Source: an uncultured Alphaproteobacteria bacterium
Lineage (GTDB): Bacteria > Pseudomonadota > Alphaproteobacteria > HIMB59 > GCA-002718135
Direction of reading: 5' to 3'
NCBI GenBank assembly: GCA_902585605.1
Contig: CACIED010000005.1
Coordinates: 586-64,585 of the forward strand
DNA: 64,000 nucleotides
Shown here: positions 9,093 through 16,916 of the stretch, one piece after another
How positions within the stretch are numbered: the stretch's first letter is position 1
Layout of the letters: each line of letters starts with the position of its first letter
The notes under the pieces: generated by a model
Database searches by the model: none
What the model was told of the DNA's origin: nothing
The model's input: the letters and a program-made list of their open reading frames with translations, nothing else
Position numbers and translations under genes: made by a program

Positions 9093-11255
9093 ATGAATTA
9101 CAAGTTAGACAAAAATTATGAAGAAAAAGTTTATGCAGGTGTTTTGGGAAAAATTATAGGTGTTTTTCTTGGAAGACCATTTGAAAATTGGTCATATGAA
9201 AGAATAATGAAAGAGTTAGGACCTATTAATTATTATGTGAATGATAAATTAGATTTTCCACTACCAGTCTCTGATGATGATATTACTGGTACCTTTACTT
9301 TTTTACGTGCTTTTAGAGAATGTAACTATAATAAAAATATAACTGCAAAAGATATAGGCAAAACATGGTTGAATAATATTATTGAAGATAAAACAATATT
9401 GTGGTGGGGTGGAAAAGGGCATTCGGCAGAAGATACTGCCTTCCAGAATTTAAAACAAGGGATAAACGCACCACAAAGTGGATCTATTGAAACTAATGGC
9501 AAAGTTATAGCCGAACAAATAGGAGCTCAAATATTTATTGATGGTTGGGCAATGGTCTCACCAGGTGATCCAGAAAAAGCAGCACATTATGCGAAACTAG
9601 CTGCAAGTGTCAGTCATGATGGAGAAGCGATATATGGTGCTCAAATAGTAGCTGCTTTAGAGTCAATGGCATTTATAGAACATGATTTAAAAAAGTTAGT
9701 TGAGCAAGCTAAAAAATTTATCCCAAAAACATCAGTAATATTTAAATTAATATCTGACATCCAAGAGTGGAGTTCTGGAAATTTAGGATGGGAGCAGGCA
9801 AGGGAAAAAATTGTCGAGAATTATGGTTATGATAAATACTTAGGTAATTGTCATATGGTACCTAATCATGCATTAATAATTATGGCTTTACTATTTGGTG
9901 ATGATGATTTTCAAAAAACAATGATGATTGTTAATACTTCTGGTTGGGATACAGATTGTAATTCTGGAAATGTAGGATGTATTTTAGGAATAAAAAATGG
10001 AATTGATGGTCTTAAAAAAGGACCTGATTATTTGTCTCCTATTAATGATATATTATATTGCCCTTCTGCTTCAGGCGGGGAAACTCTAACTGACGCTTTA
10101 TCAGAAACTTATAAAATAATAAACACAACAAGAAAAATCAACGGACTTCCAGAAATATTACCTAAGAATGGAGCTAAATTTCATTTTGATATTAAGGATT
10201 CAACACAAGGATGGAGAATTGGGAATGGTGATCAATTTTGTGAAACAAAAATAAGCAACATTGAGTATAAATCTTATATAGGTGAAAGAGCTCTTGAGAT
10301 TTCTTATAACAACCTTTCAGTAGATAAAATTTCAGAGGTTTATGTCGAGACTTTTTTTCCTGAAATTATTCTTGGATTAGAGGGAAAAAAGAGAGAAGAC
10401 TTTTTCCATTATGATTATATTTCTTGTCCCACAATTTTCTCTGGACAAAAATTAAAAGTTGAAATTGAAAACAATTCACCTCATAAAGTTTCAATTGCAT
10501 TGTTTTCTAAGCATTGGGCTGAAGATGACAAACTTAAAAAAATTACTTCAAATATTTTTGAATTTAATAGTAATGAAAAAAAAGAAATATCTTGGGAAAT
10601 CCCAAATACTGATTCGAACCCTATAGGTCAAATTGGAATAGATATAATGTCAAACACAAATCAATCTGGTGAAGTTATTCTTAATTATGCCACCTTTGAA
10701 GGAGAACCAAAACAAATCTTTAAAAGACCTCAGCACATTGAAAGTTATAAAAGAGGTATAGAAAAAAAAGAGGGTTACTATGGTCAAATTTGGAGAAATG
10801 CTTGGGTACAAACTTTAGATAAATGGGAAGAAAGAGGAAAGAATTTTAGAATTTGTCAGAACATTGGTAGAGAAATTCTGTTTACAGGAACTGATTTATG
10901 GAAAGATTATTCAGTTTCGTCAAATATTCTTTTACAGTCATGTAACTCCGGTGGACTAGTCTCAAGAGCTCAGGGAGTTAAAAAATACTACACTCTAGAA
11001 ATTTGTAGAAATAATAAATTGAGAATAGGCAAGATGAATAATGATTATACAACACTTAAAGAAGTAGATTTTGAAGTAGAATTTTTTAAGGAGTATAATA
11101 TGAAAATGACTGTTAAAAAAAATAAAATAATAGGACAAATAAATGATAAAACTATTATTGAAATTGAAGATAATGATAATCCATTACTTAATGGAGGTTC
11201 TGGTTTAGTTGTTGAAAATGGAACTTTAGTTACAGATCAAATAACGCTAAGTTAA
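9093..11255 (+). CDS. ADP-ribosylglycohydrolase (ARH/DraG) fold domain fused to an uncharacterised C-terminal region of about 370 aa
   Basis: The N-terminal ~330 aa carry both ARH metal-binding signatures: VSDDDITGT (aa 59-67) and GWDTDCNSGNVG (aa 284-295). The C-terminal half is beta-rich. Its last ~150 aa (LWKDY..NSGGLVSR..GGSGLVVENG) are reminiscent of concanavalin/LamG-type modules. Confidence 0.75.
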   Translation: MNYKLDKNYEEKVYAGVLGKIIGVFLGRPFENWSYERIMKELGPINYYVNDKLDFPLPVSDDDITGTFTFLRAFRECNYNKNITAKDIGKTWLNNIIEDKTILWWGGKGHSAEDTAFQNLKQGINAPQSGSIETNGKVIAEQIGAQIFIDGWAMVSPGDPEKAAHYAKLAASVSHDGEAIYGAQIVAALESMAFIEHDLKKLVEQAKKFIPKTSVIFKLISDIQEWSSGNLGWEQAREKIVENYGYDKYLGNCHMVPNHALIIMALLFGDDDFQKTMMIVNTSGWDTDCNSGNVGCILGIKNGIDGLKKGPDYLSPINDILYCPSASGGETLTDALSETYKIINTTRKINGLPEILPKNGAKFHFDIKDSTQGWRIGNGDQFCETKISNIEYKSYIGERALEISYNNLSVDKISEVYVETFFPEIILGLEGKKREDFFHYDYISCPTIFSGQKLKVEIENNSPHKVSIALFSKHWAEDDKLKKITSNIFEFNSNEKKEISWEIPNTDSNPIGQIGIDIMSNTNQSGEVILNYATFEGEPKQIFKRPQHIESYKRGIEKKEGYYGQIWRNAWVQTLDKWEERGKNFRICQNIGREILFTGTDLWKDYSVSSNILLQSCNSGGLVSRAQGVKKYYTLEICRNNKLRIGKMNNDYTTLKEVDFEVEFFKEYNMKMTVKKNKIIGQINDKTIIEIEDNDNPLLNGGSGLVVENGTLVTDQITLS

Positions 11256-11257
11256 AT

Positions 11258-12241
11258 ATGAAATTTAGAAAATTTGGCTCTCTAGATTGGAATGTGTCTG
11301 AAATAGGTTTAGGCTGTTGGCAGATTGGCGCCGATTGGGGTAATGTAAGTGAAGAGAAAGCTAATGAGGTATTACAATCATCATTTGAAAATGGAGTAAA
11401 TTTTTTTGATACAGCTGATGTTTATGGTGATGGCAGAAGTGAAAAATTTGTCGGAAATTTCATAAATTCTATTTCTGAGAGAATTTATGTAGCAACAAAA
11501 GCTGGTAGGCGTATTAATCCACATGTTGCAAATGGTTATTATGATAAAGATTTAATGGAATCTTTTGTAGATCGATCTTTATTAAATCTAAATATTGAAA
11601 CAATTGACCTTTTACAAATGCACTGTCCACCAACAGAAGTTTATTCATCAGATCATACTTTTGAAATGTTAGATTATTTAGTAGATAAAGGGAAAATACA
11701 AAATTATGGTTTTAGTGTTGAAACAGTTGATCAAGCTTTAGAATGCATTAAAAACCCTAATACAAAATCAATTCAAGTCATCTTTAATATTTTTAGACAA
11801 AAACCTGCAGAAGAATTATTTAAGATTGCAAAAGAAAAAAAAGTAGCAATCATAATTAGAGTTCCTCTTGCTAGTGGCTTGTTGTCAGGAAAATTTAATA
11901 AAGATTCTACCTTTTCTTCAGATGATCATCGAAACTATAATATTAATGGTGATGCATTTGATGTTGGTGAAACATTCTCTGGAGTCAATTACTCAAAAGC
12001 TCTGGAAGCAGTAGAAGAACTCAAAAATATTATTCCAAGTGAAGTAACTCTTTCTCAATTATCTCTTAAATGGATATTAATGTATGAAGCTGTGAGTGTT
12101 GTAATTCCAGGTGCAAAAAATAGAGACCATGTAAATCTAAATACTGCCTCTAGCGAAGTTAATGAAATTTCTTCTTTAATGAATGAGATAAATAATATCT
12201 ATACAAAATATTTCTATGATGATGTACATCATCGTTGGTAA
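11258..12241 (+). CDS. Aldo/keto reductase family oxidoreductase
   Basis: GLGCWQIG..WG, FDTADVYGDGRSE and LDLLQMHCP-type motifs; 327 aa. Confidence 0.85.
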   Translation: MKFRKFGSLDWNVSEIGLGCWQIGADWGNVSEEKANEVLQSSFENGVNFFDTADVYGDGRSEKFVGNFINSISERIYVATKAGRRINPHVANGYYDKDLMESFVDRSLLNLNIETIDLLQMHCPPTEVYSSDHTFEMLDYLVDKGKIQNYGFSVETVDQALECIKNPNTKSIQVIFNIFRQKPAEELFKIAKEKKVAIIIRVPLASGLLSGKFNKDSTFSSDDHRNYNINGDAFDVGETFSGVNYSKALEAVEELKNIIPSEVTLSQLSLKWILMYEAVSVVIPGAKNRDHVNLNTASSEVNEISSLMNEINNIYTKYFYDDVHHRW

Positions 12242-12247
12242 TAAATT

Positions 12248-13393
12248 TTGTTAGAAGAAACTAAGATATTTAGAAGTGCAACTCTTGCATCAATAATAAC
12301 ATCAACTTATCCTATGATTGTTGTGGGATGTTACTTTGGCATAACACCGTGGAATATGAATAGGTTGTCAATTGATGAAACAGATTTGAGTTTTTCAATA
12401 TTAATTTTTGGAATTTTTTTTGTATTATCAAATCAAATTGCTGGAAGAATACTAGTTCCAAAATATGGAACAAGACGAGTAATGTCATTAGCTTTTCCTC
12501 TAATTACCTTTTCTTCATTGTTATCGATAACATCTTCATCATATTTATTATTTTTATTAACTTTCATTCCAGCTGGGATAGGATGGGGCGCTTCTGGACC
12601 AATTGGAGGCATTCATAGTCAACTAATTGAAAAACATTTTAAGAAAATTATTACCCCTTATTATGCTATGGGTTTCAATATTGGTATTCTTGTAGGTGGA
12701 GGTTTAGCTGGTATAATAATGCGCTATAACTTTGAGCCTTATATTATTTTTCTTGTTTTATCTTTTTCTTCAATTTTAGTTGCATTTATAGTTCTTCATT
12801 TGGGGCTACCTAGTAACTTAGATTTCAAAGGTAAAGGTGAAAAATTTAAAATTCCCGAGTCAAATGTTCTTATATTTGGTTTCTTGTTATTTTTTGTTTT
12901 TGGTTCTGGTGGTATAATTATGGATTGGTCAACATTGTGGTTATCCAAGGATTTGAATACCCCTCTTTATCTTGCAAGTACGGGATTAATTTTTTTTAGT
13001 ATTGGTGGTATTTTAGCTAATTTATTCTCTAACACCTTAATAAATATATTTACTGAAAAAGTTGTTGGATGTTATTTTGTGATGATTGGTTCTTCAATAT
13101 TGCTTTTGTCCTTATTAACAAATAATTTTTACATTATACTAGGTGTTTTATCTATCTATGGATTTGCAATAGCAAACTTAGTTCCTATAGTAATTCGCCA
13201 AGCTGTTAAGCAATCTAATGAGAGCATTCCTATGACTGTAACTAATTTAATAACTATTGGATTATCATCCACAATGATTATGCCAGCAGCAATTGGTTTT
13301 CTTGCAGAGACATTTTCCCTAACTTTAAATATGTATTTACTATGCATTATAGTATTTACTTCTGGACTAGTTTTTTTACTTAAGTTTAAATAA
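12248..13393 (+). CDS. MFS-type transporter (about 12 TM)
   Basis: 381-aa polytopic ORF with a GRILVPKYGTRR loop between TM2 and TM3 (MFS signature-like). TTG start; N-terminus uncertain. Confidence 0.6.
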   Translation: MLEETKIFRSATLASIITSTYPMIVVGCYFGITPWNMNRLSIDETDLSFSILIFGIFFVLSNQIAGRILVPKYGTRRVMSLAFPLITFSSLLSITSSSYLLFLLTFIPAGIGWGASGPIGGIHSQLIEKHFKKIITPYYAMGFNIGILVGGGLAGIIMRYNFEPYIIFLVLSFSSILVAFIVLHLGLPSNLDFKGKGEKFKIPESNVLIFGFLLFFVFGSGGIIMDWSTLWLSKDLNTPLYLASTGLIFFSIGGILANLFSNTLINIFTEKVVGCYFVMIGSSILLLSLLTNNFYIILGVLSIYGFAIANLVPIVIRQAVKQSNESIPMTVTNLITIGLSSTMIMPAAIGFLAETFSLTLNMYLLCIIVFTSGLVFLLKFK

Positions 13394-13398
13394 AAATT

Positions 13399-14205
13399 AT
13401 GAATAAATTAAAAATTTCTCAAGTACAATTTCAGGCAAGTCATATCCCAGCTTTAAATGCAGAAACTCTTAAAAAAAGTTTTAATAATGCATTAAAATAT
13501 AAACCTCACTTAATTTGTACACCGGAATGTTCAAACATTATTACTAATGATAAAAAATATTTAATATTAAATGCACCTTATCAAAACACCTGTCCAGTTT
13601 TGAAGATGGCAAAAGATTTCGCCAAAAAAAATAAAGTTACTATAAATCTTGGCTCCTTACTTTTAAAAGTTAAAAATCAGAGAAAACTTGTTAATAGATC
13701 TTATTTTATAAATATTAATGGAGATATAAAAAAAACATATGATAAGATTCATATGTTTGATGTTAAAATCAATAACAAAGAAAAACATCAAGAATCATTT
13801 TTATTTCGAGCTGGTAATAAGATAACTTATACAAAAATTAATAATATTAAAATAGGAATGACTATTTGTTATGATTTACGATTTCCTTCTTTATACAGGC
13901 AACTTGCCAAAAAAGATTGTTCAATTATTTTAGTTCCTGCTGCTTTTACTAGACCGACTGGGAAAGATCATTGGGAAATTTTAAATCGATCAAGGGCAAT
14001 AGAAAATAGTGTATTTATTGTAGCAACAGGTATGTGTGGAAATCATCATAAGAAAAGGAATACTTATGGGTATTCCCTTTTAGTTGATCCTTGGGGGAAG
14101 ATTGTAAATAACACTAAAAATAAACCTTCAATACTTAATTCAACTATTGAACTTTCCCATGTAATAAAAATAAGAAAAAAAATTCCTTCTTTAAAATATG
14201 AGTAA
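13399..14205 (+). CDS. Carbon-nitrogen hydrolase (nitrilase superfamily, Nit/omega-amidase-like)
   Basis: Glu-Lys-Cys triad contexts are present: TPECS, YDKIHMFD, ICYDLRFP. Confidence 0.85.
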   Translation: MNKLKISQVQFQASHIPALNAETLKKSFNNALKYKPHLICTPECSNIITNDKKYLILNAPYQNTCPVLKMAKDFAKKNKVTINLGSLLLKVKNQRKLVNRSYFININGDIKKTYDKIHMFDVKINNKEKHQESFLFRAGNKITYTKINNIKIGMTICYDLRFPSLYRQLAKKDCSIILVPAAFTRPTGKDHWEILNRSRAIENSVFIVATGMCGNHHKKRNTYGYSLLVDPWGKIVNNTKNKPSILNSTIELSHVIKIRKKIPSLKYE

Positions 14206-14821
14206 TTTTAAATCTTTAGTTTCAGGTGTTGGTAATTTAAGTAAAACAAAGAAATACTATGATGATTGGTCAGAAAATTATGATGAAACACTAAAGTTAT
14301 GGAATTATCAAGCGCCCAAAAAAAGTATAAAATTTTTAACGGAAACACTTACCATCAAACCAAAAAATATATTAGACTTAGCATGTGGAACTGGTTTATT
14401 TGGTATTGAGTTAAAAAAAATTTATCCAAAAAGTAATATCTATGGTTCTGATATTTCGAAAAAAAGCTTGAAAATTTCATCAGAAAAAAAAATTTATATA
14501 AAATTAAAATATAAAAATTTTGAAAAATTACATAATTATAATACAAAATTTGATTTAATTTCTTTAATCGGTTCTATGACATATTGTAAAAACTTTAAAA
14601 AACTTTTTGCTAACATTAATAAAAATATTAAAAAAAAAGGCTTTGTGTTATTTACACATAGAGTTGATTTATGGAAGCAGCAGGATTTTTTCAATGTTTT
14701 AAAAAAACATCAAATGACATTCAAAATCACTAAAATTTCTAGACCACTAAATTATTTACCTTTGAATAGAGATTTTAAAAACAAAATAAAAATCAAGATT
14801 GTTTTGTTACAAAAATATTAA
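14198..14821 (+). CDS. Class I SAM-dependent methyltransferase
   Basis: Motif I ILDLACGTGLFG. Overlaps the upstream gene by 8 nt. Confidence 0.75.
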   Translation: MSNFKSLVSGVGNLSKTKKYYDDWSENYDETLKLWNYQAPKKSIKFLTETLTIKPKNILDLACGTGLFGIELKKIYPKSNIYGSDISKKSLKISSEKKIYIKLKYKNFEKLHNYNTKFDLISLIGSMTYCKNFKKLFANINKNIKKKGFVLFTHRVDLWKQQDFFNVLKKHQMTFKITKISRPLNYLPLNRDFKNKIKIKIVLLQKY

Positions 14822-14913
14822 AAATTACAAATTTTTTGATTAAAAATTTGAGCCCCAGCCTAGAATCGGGTATTTGTTAGAAAGGTTTATATTCTATCCA
14901 TAAACCAAGAATG

Positions 14914-14946
14914 AAAAGAAGGGATATTCGCCGTGTCCCTTCTTTT
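14914..14946. terminator. Bidirectional intrinsic terminator between convergent genes
   Basis: 11-bp stem AAAAGAAGGGA / TCCCTTCTTTT with an 11-nt loop. The A-run and T-run flanks let it work on both strands (methyltransferase on +, mntR on -). Confidence 0.6.
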
Positions 14947-14985
14947 TTATACACTAGTTAAAATTGATTTGGCAATAGGTTAGAC

Positions 14986-15390
14986 TTATTTTTTTGAATT
15001 AAAACGGTCCATTTTTCTAAGAGTTTTTTTGCTTACATGATGTTCAATACCTTCAGCGTCTTCATATGCCGTATTCTTATCCAATCCGAGATTTATTAAA
15101 AAATTATATACTATATTATGTCTCTTTTTTGATTCACTGGCAATTTTTTGACCTTTCAAAGTTAAGAAAATTGAGCGATAAGGTTCTCTTTTAATATAAC
15201 CCTGTGATTGTAACCTTTGTATTGTTTTATTGGCTGTAGCTTGTGCAATACCCAAGCTTTCAGCAATATCAACGATACGAGCTTCCCCTTTAGAATTTAG
15301 AAGTTCTGCAATAAGCTCTAAATAATCTTCAGTATTTTCTGTTTTATGAGCATTTCTAACTTTACTGAACGACATTCCCATATTTAACAT
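14986..15390 (-). CDS. mntR: Manganese-responsive transcriptional regulator MntR (DtxR family, single-domain E. coli type)
   Basis: Collinear with E. coli MntR as I recall it: VR.AH..E..DY.ELI..L...GEAR.VD.A..LG..Q.T..K...RL, FLT..G.K.A.ES..RH.IV.NFL..LG, DAEG.EHHVS..TL. The true start may be an internal Met (15381 or 15375). Confidence 0.8.
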   Translation of the reverse strand: MLNMGMSFSKVRNAHKTENTEDYLELIAELLNSKGEARIVDIAESLGIAQATANKTIQRLQSQGYIKREPYRSIFLTLKGQKIASESKKRHNIVYNFLINLGLDKNTAYEDAEGIEHHVSKKTLRKMDRFNSKK

Positions 15391-15414
15391 AAAAAATGAA
15401 AAAAATTAATAGAA

Positions 15415-15434
15415 AATATAGCCATAGCTATATT
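15415..15434. promoter_or_regulatory. Putative MntR operator (8-4-8 palindrome)
   Basis: Perfect inverted repeat AATATAGC-CATA-GCTATATT in the 65-nt mntR / transporter divergent spacer. It has the same arm sequence and architecture as the E. coli MntR box (AAcATAGC-N4-GCTATgTT, from memory). An extra half-site TAGCTATAT lies at 15438-15446. Confidence 0.65.
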
Positions 15435-15455
15435 TATTAGCTATATATACATTAC

Positions 15456-16607
15456 ATGAATGCTCTAATTAATGCCATTAATGAAAAAACTAAAATAATT
15501 CTTGAGAATGATGGAAGATTATTAAAGAAATCATTTTTTGGTCTATTATTACTTTCTCTTGTTTTTCAAGGAGGAGAGTTTGGAGAAGTTATACGATCAT
15601 CAATGGTAGATGCTTATATCCAGGTATCTGTTTTTGTAGGATTTACTCTGTTTGTTTTTATTGGATTAGATAGTTTAACAAAGTTTGATGTAAAGAATTT
15701 TTTATCTAAGACACAAAAGTTCCATGTCGGTATAGCTGCTTTTTTAGGTGCCATACCTGGATGTGGTGGAGCTATAATAGTTGTGACGCAGTATATACAG
15801 GGACGTATTTCTTTTGGCTCCTTAGTAGCTGTATTAACAGCAACAATGGGAGATGCTGCTTTCTTAATACTTGCTATTGAGCCTTCAACTGGTTTTTTAA
15901 TATTTGGAATTGGAATAGTTGTTGGATCAATTTCTGGATATGTAATCGATTTTATCCATGGCACAAACTTTATGCAAGCAAAAACAAAAATAAAAGTTGA
16001 ATTTGAAAAAATAAATAAAACTTTTGTATCTAATTTTAACTTCTTTTGGCTTTTTTTATTTATTCCTGGTTTTGTTTTAGGAATTTTAGTTGCGTTTCAA
16101 ATTGAATTTGTATCTTCAATTTATAATTCATTATTAGTGTTGATTGCTTCTGCTGGAGCAATACTTTCAATATTTATGTGGTCATTAAATCCTTTAAGTG
16201 ATTTTCAATGTTCAACTGACAAAAGTAGAGGATTACTATCAAGAGTAGTAGATACAACTAATTTTGTAACTACTTGGGTAATTAGTGGTTTCCTTGTTTT
16301 TGAAATCTTTATGTACTTTACAAGTTTAGATTTAAAAATATTTTTTGATTTATGGCTTCCATTTATTCCATTGATAGCAATTTTATTTGGTTTCTTACCA
16401 GGATGTGGGCCTCAAGTTGTGGTGGCAACGTTTTATCTAAATGGTTATATTCCACTTTCTGCAGAATTAGGTAATGCAATCTCAAATGATGGTGATGCTT
16501 TATTTCCAGCAATAGCTCTTGCACCAAAAGCTGCAATTTTAGCGACACTTTATAGCGGAATACCTGCATTAGTGGTTGCCTATGGGTATTTTTTCATATT
16601 CGAGTAA
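15456..16607 (+). CDS. Polytopic membrane protein with duplicated PGCG motifs; putative MntX-type Mn2+ transporter
   Basis: 383 aa, about 10 TM, with two repeat halves each carrying a PGCGG/PGCGP motif. It is divergent from mntR and shares the operator. The MntX family was reported in marine bacteria including SAR11 (Green, Todd and Johnston 2013, as I recall). It has no Nramp or MntP features. Confidence 0.5.
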   Translation: MNALINAINEKTKIILENDGRLLKKSFFGLLLLSLVFQGGEFGEVIRSSMVDAYIQVSVFVGFTLFVFIGLDSLTKFDVKNFLSKTQKFHVGIAAFLGAIPGCGGAIIVVTQYIQGRISFGSLVAVLTATMGDAAFLILAIEPSTGFLIFGIGIVVGSISGYVIDFIHGTNFMQAKTKIKVEFEKINKTFVSNFNFFWLFLFIPGFVLGILVAFQIEFVSSIYNSLLVLIASAGAILSIFMWSLNPLSDFQCSTDKSRGLLSRVVDTTNFVTTWVISGFLVFEIFMYFTSLDLKIFFDLWLPFIPLIAILFGFLPGCGPQVVVATFYLNGYIPLSAELGNAISNDGDALFPAIALAPKAAILATLYSGIPALVVAYGYFFIFE

Positions 16608-16610
16608 AAA

Positions 16611-16757
16611 TTGAAGAAAAATTTACCTTCTAAAATTTGTATTGTTTGCAATAAATCATTCACTTGGCGCAAAAAATGGGAGAGAGATTGGAAAAATGTT
16701 TTATATTGTTCTAAGAAATGTTCAAAAAATGCTTTAAATAAAAAAACAAATAAATAA
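16611..16757 (+). CDS. DUF2256-type small zinc-ribbon protein (48 aa, missing from the ORF track)
   Basis: TTG-start [51 protein letters not shown]. The [17 protein letters not shown] pattern is the DUF2256 signature. It begins 3 nt after the upstream stop codon. Confidence 0.7.
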   Translation: MKKNLPSKICIVCNKSFTWRKKWERDWKNVLYCSKKCSKNALNKKTNK

Positions 16758-16766
16758 ATCTTATTT

Positions 16767-16916
16767 GTGACAGATAAACCTAATAAAGAAAAAAATATAA
16801 ATCATTCAAAAGATGATACAAAAAAAGATTTGCGCTTAACAAGATTAAAAAGATTAGAAAAAAAACTCAAATCAAATATTTTAAAAAGAAAAAAAGCAGT
16901 AAGCAGGAATGGATAA
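16767..16916 (+). CDS. Candidate 49-aa Lys/Arg-rich peptide overlapping the murA start
   Basis: GTG..TAA ORF VTDKPNKEKNINHSKDDTKKDLRLTRLKRLEKKLKSNILKRKKAVSRNG. Its stop codon overlaps the murA ATG (ATGGATAA). The AT-rich composition makes chance ORFs of this kind possible. Confidence 0.35.
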   Translation: MTDKPNKEKNINHSKDDTKKDLRLTRLKRLEKKLKSNILKRKKAVSRNG

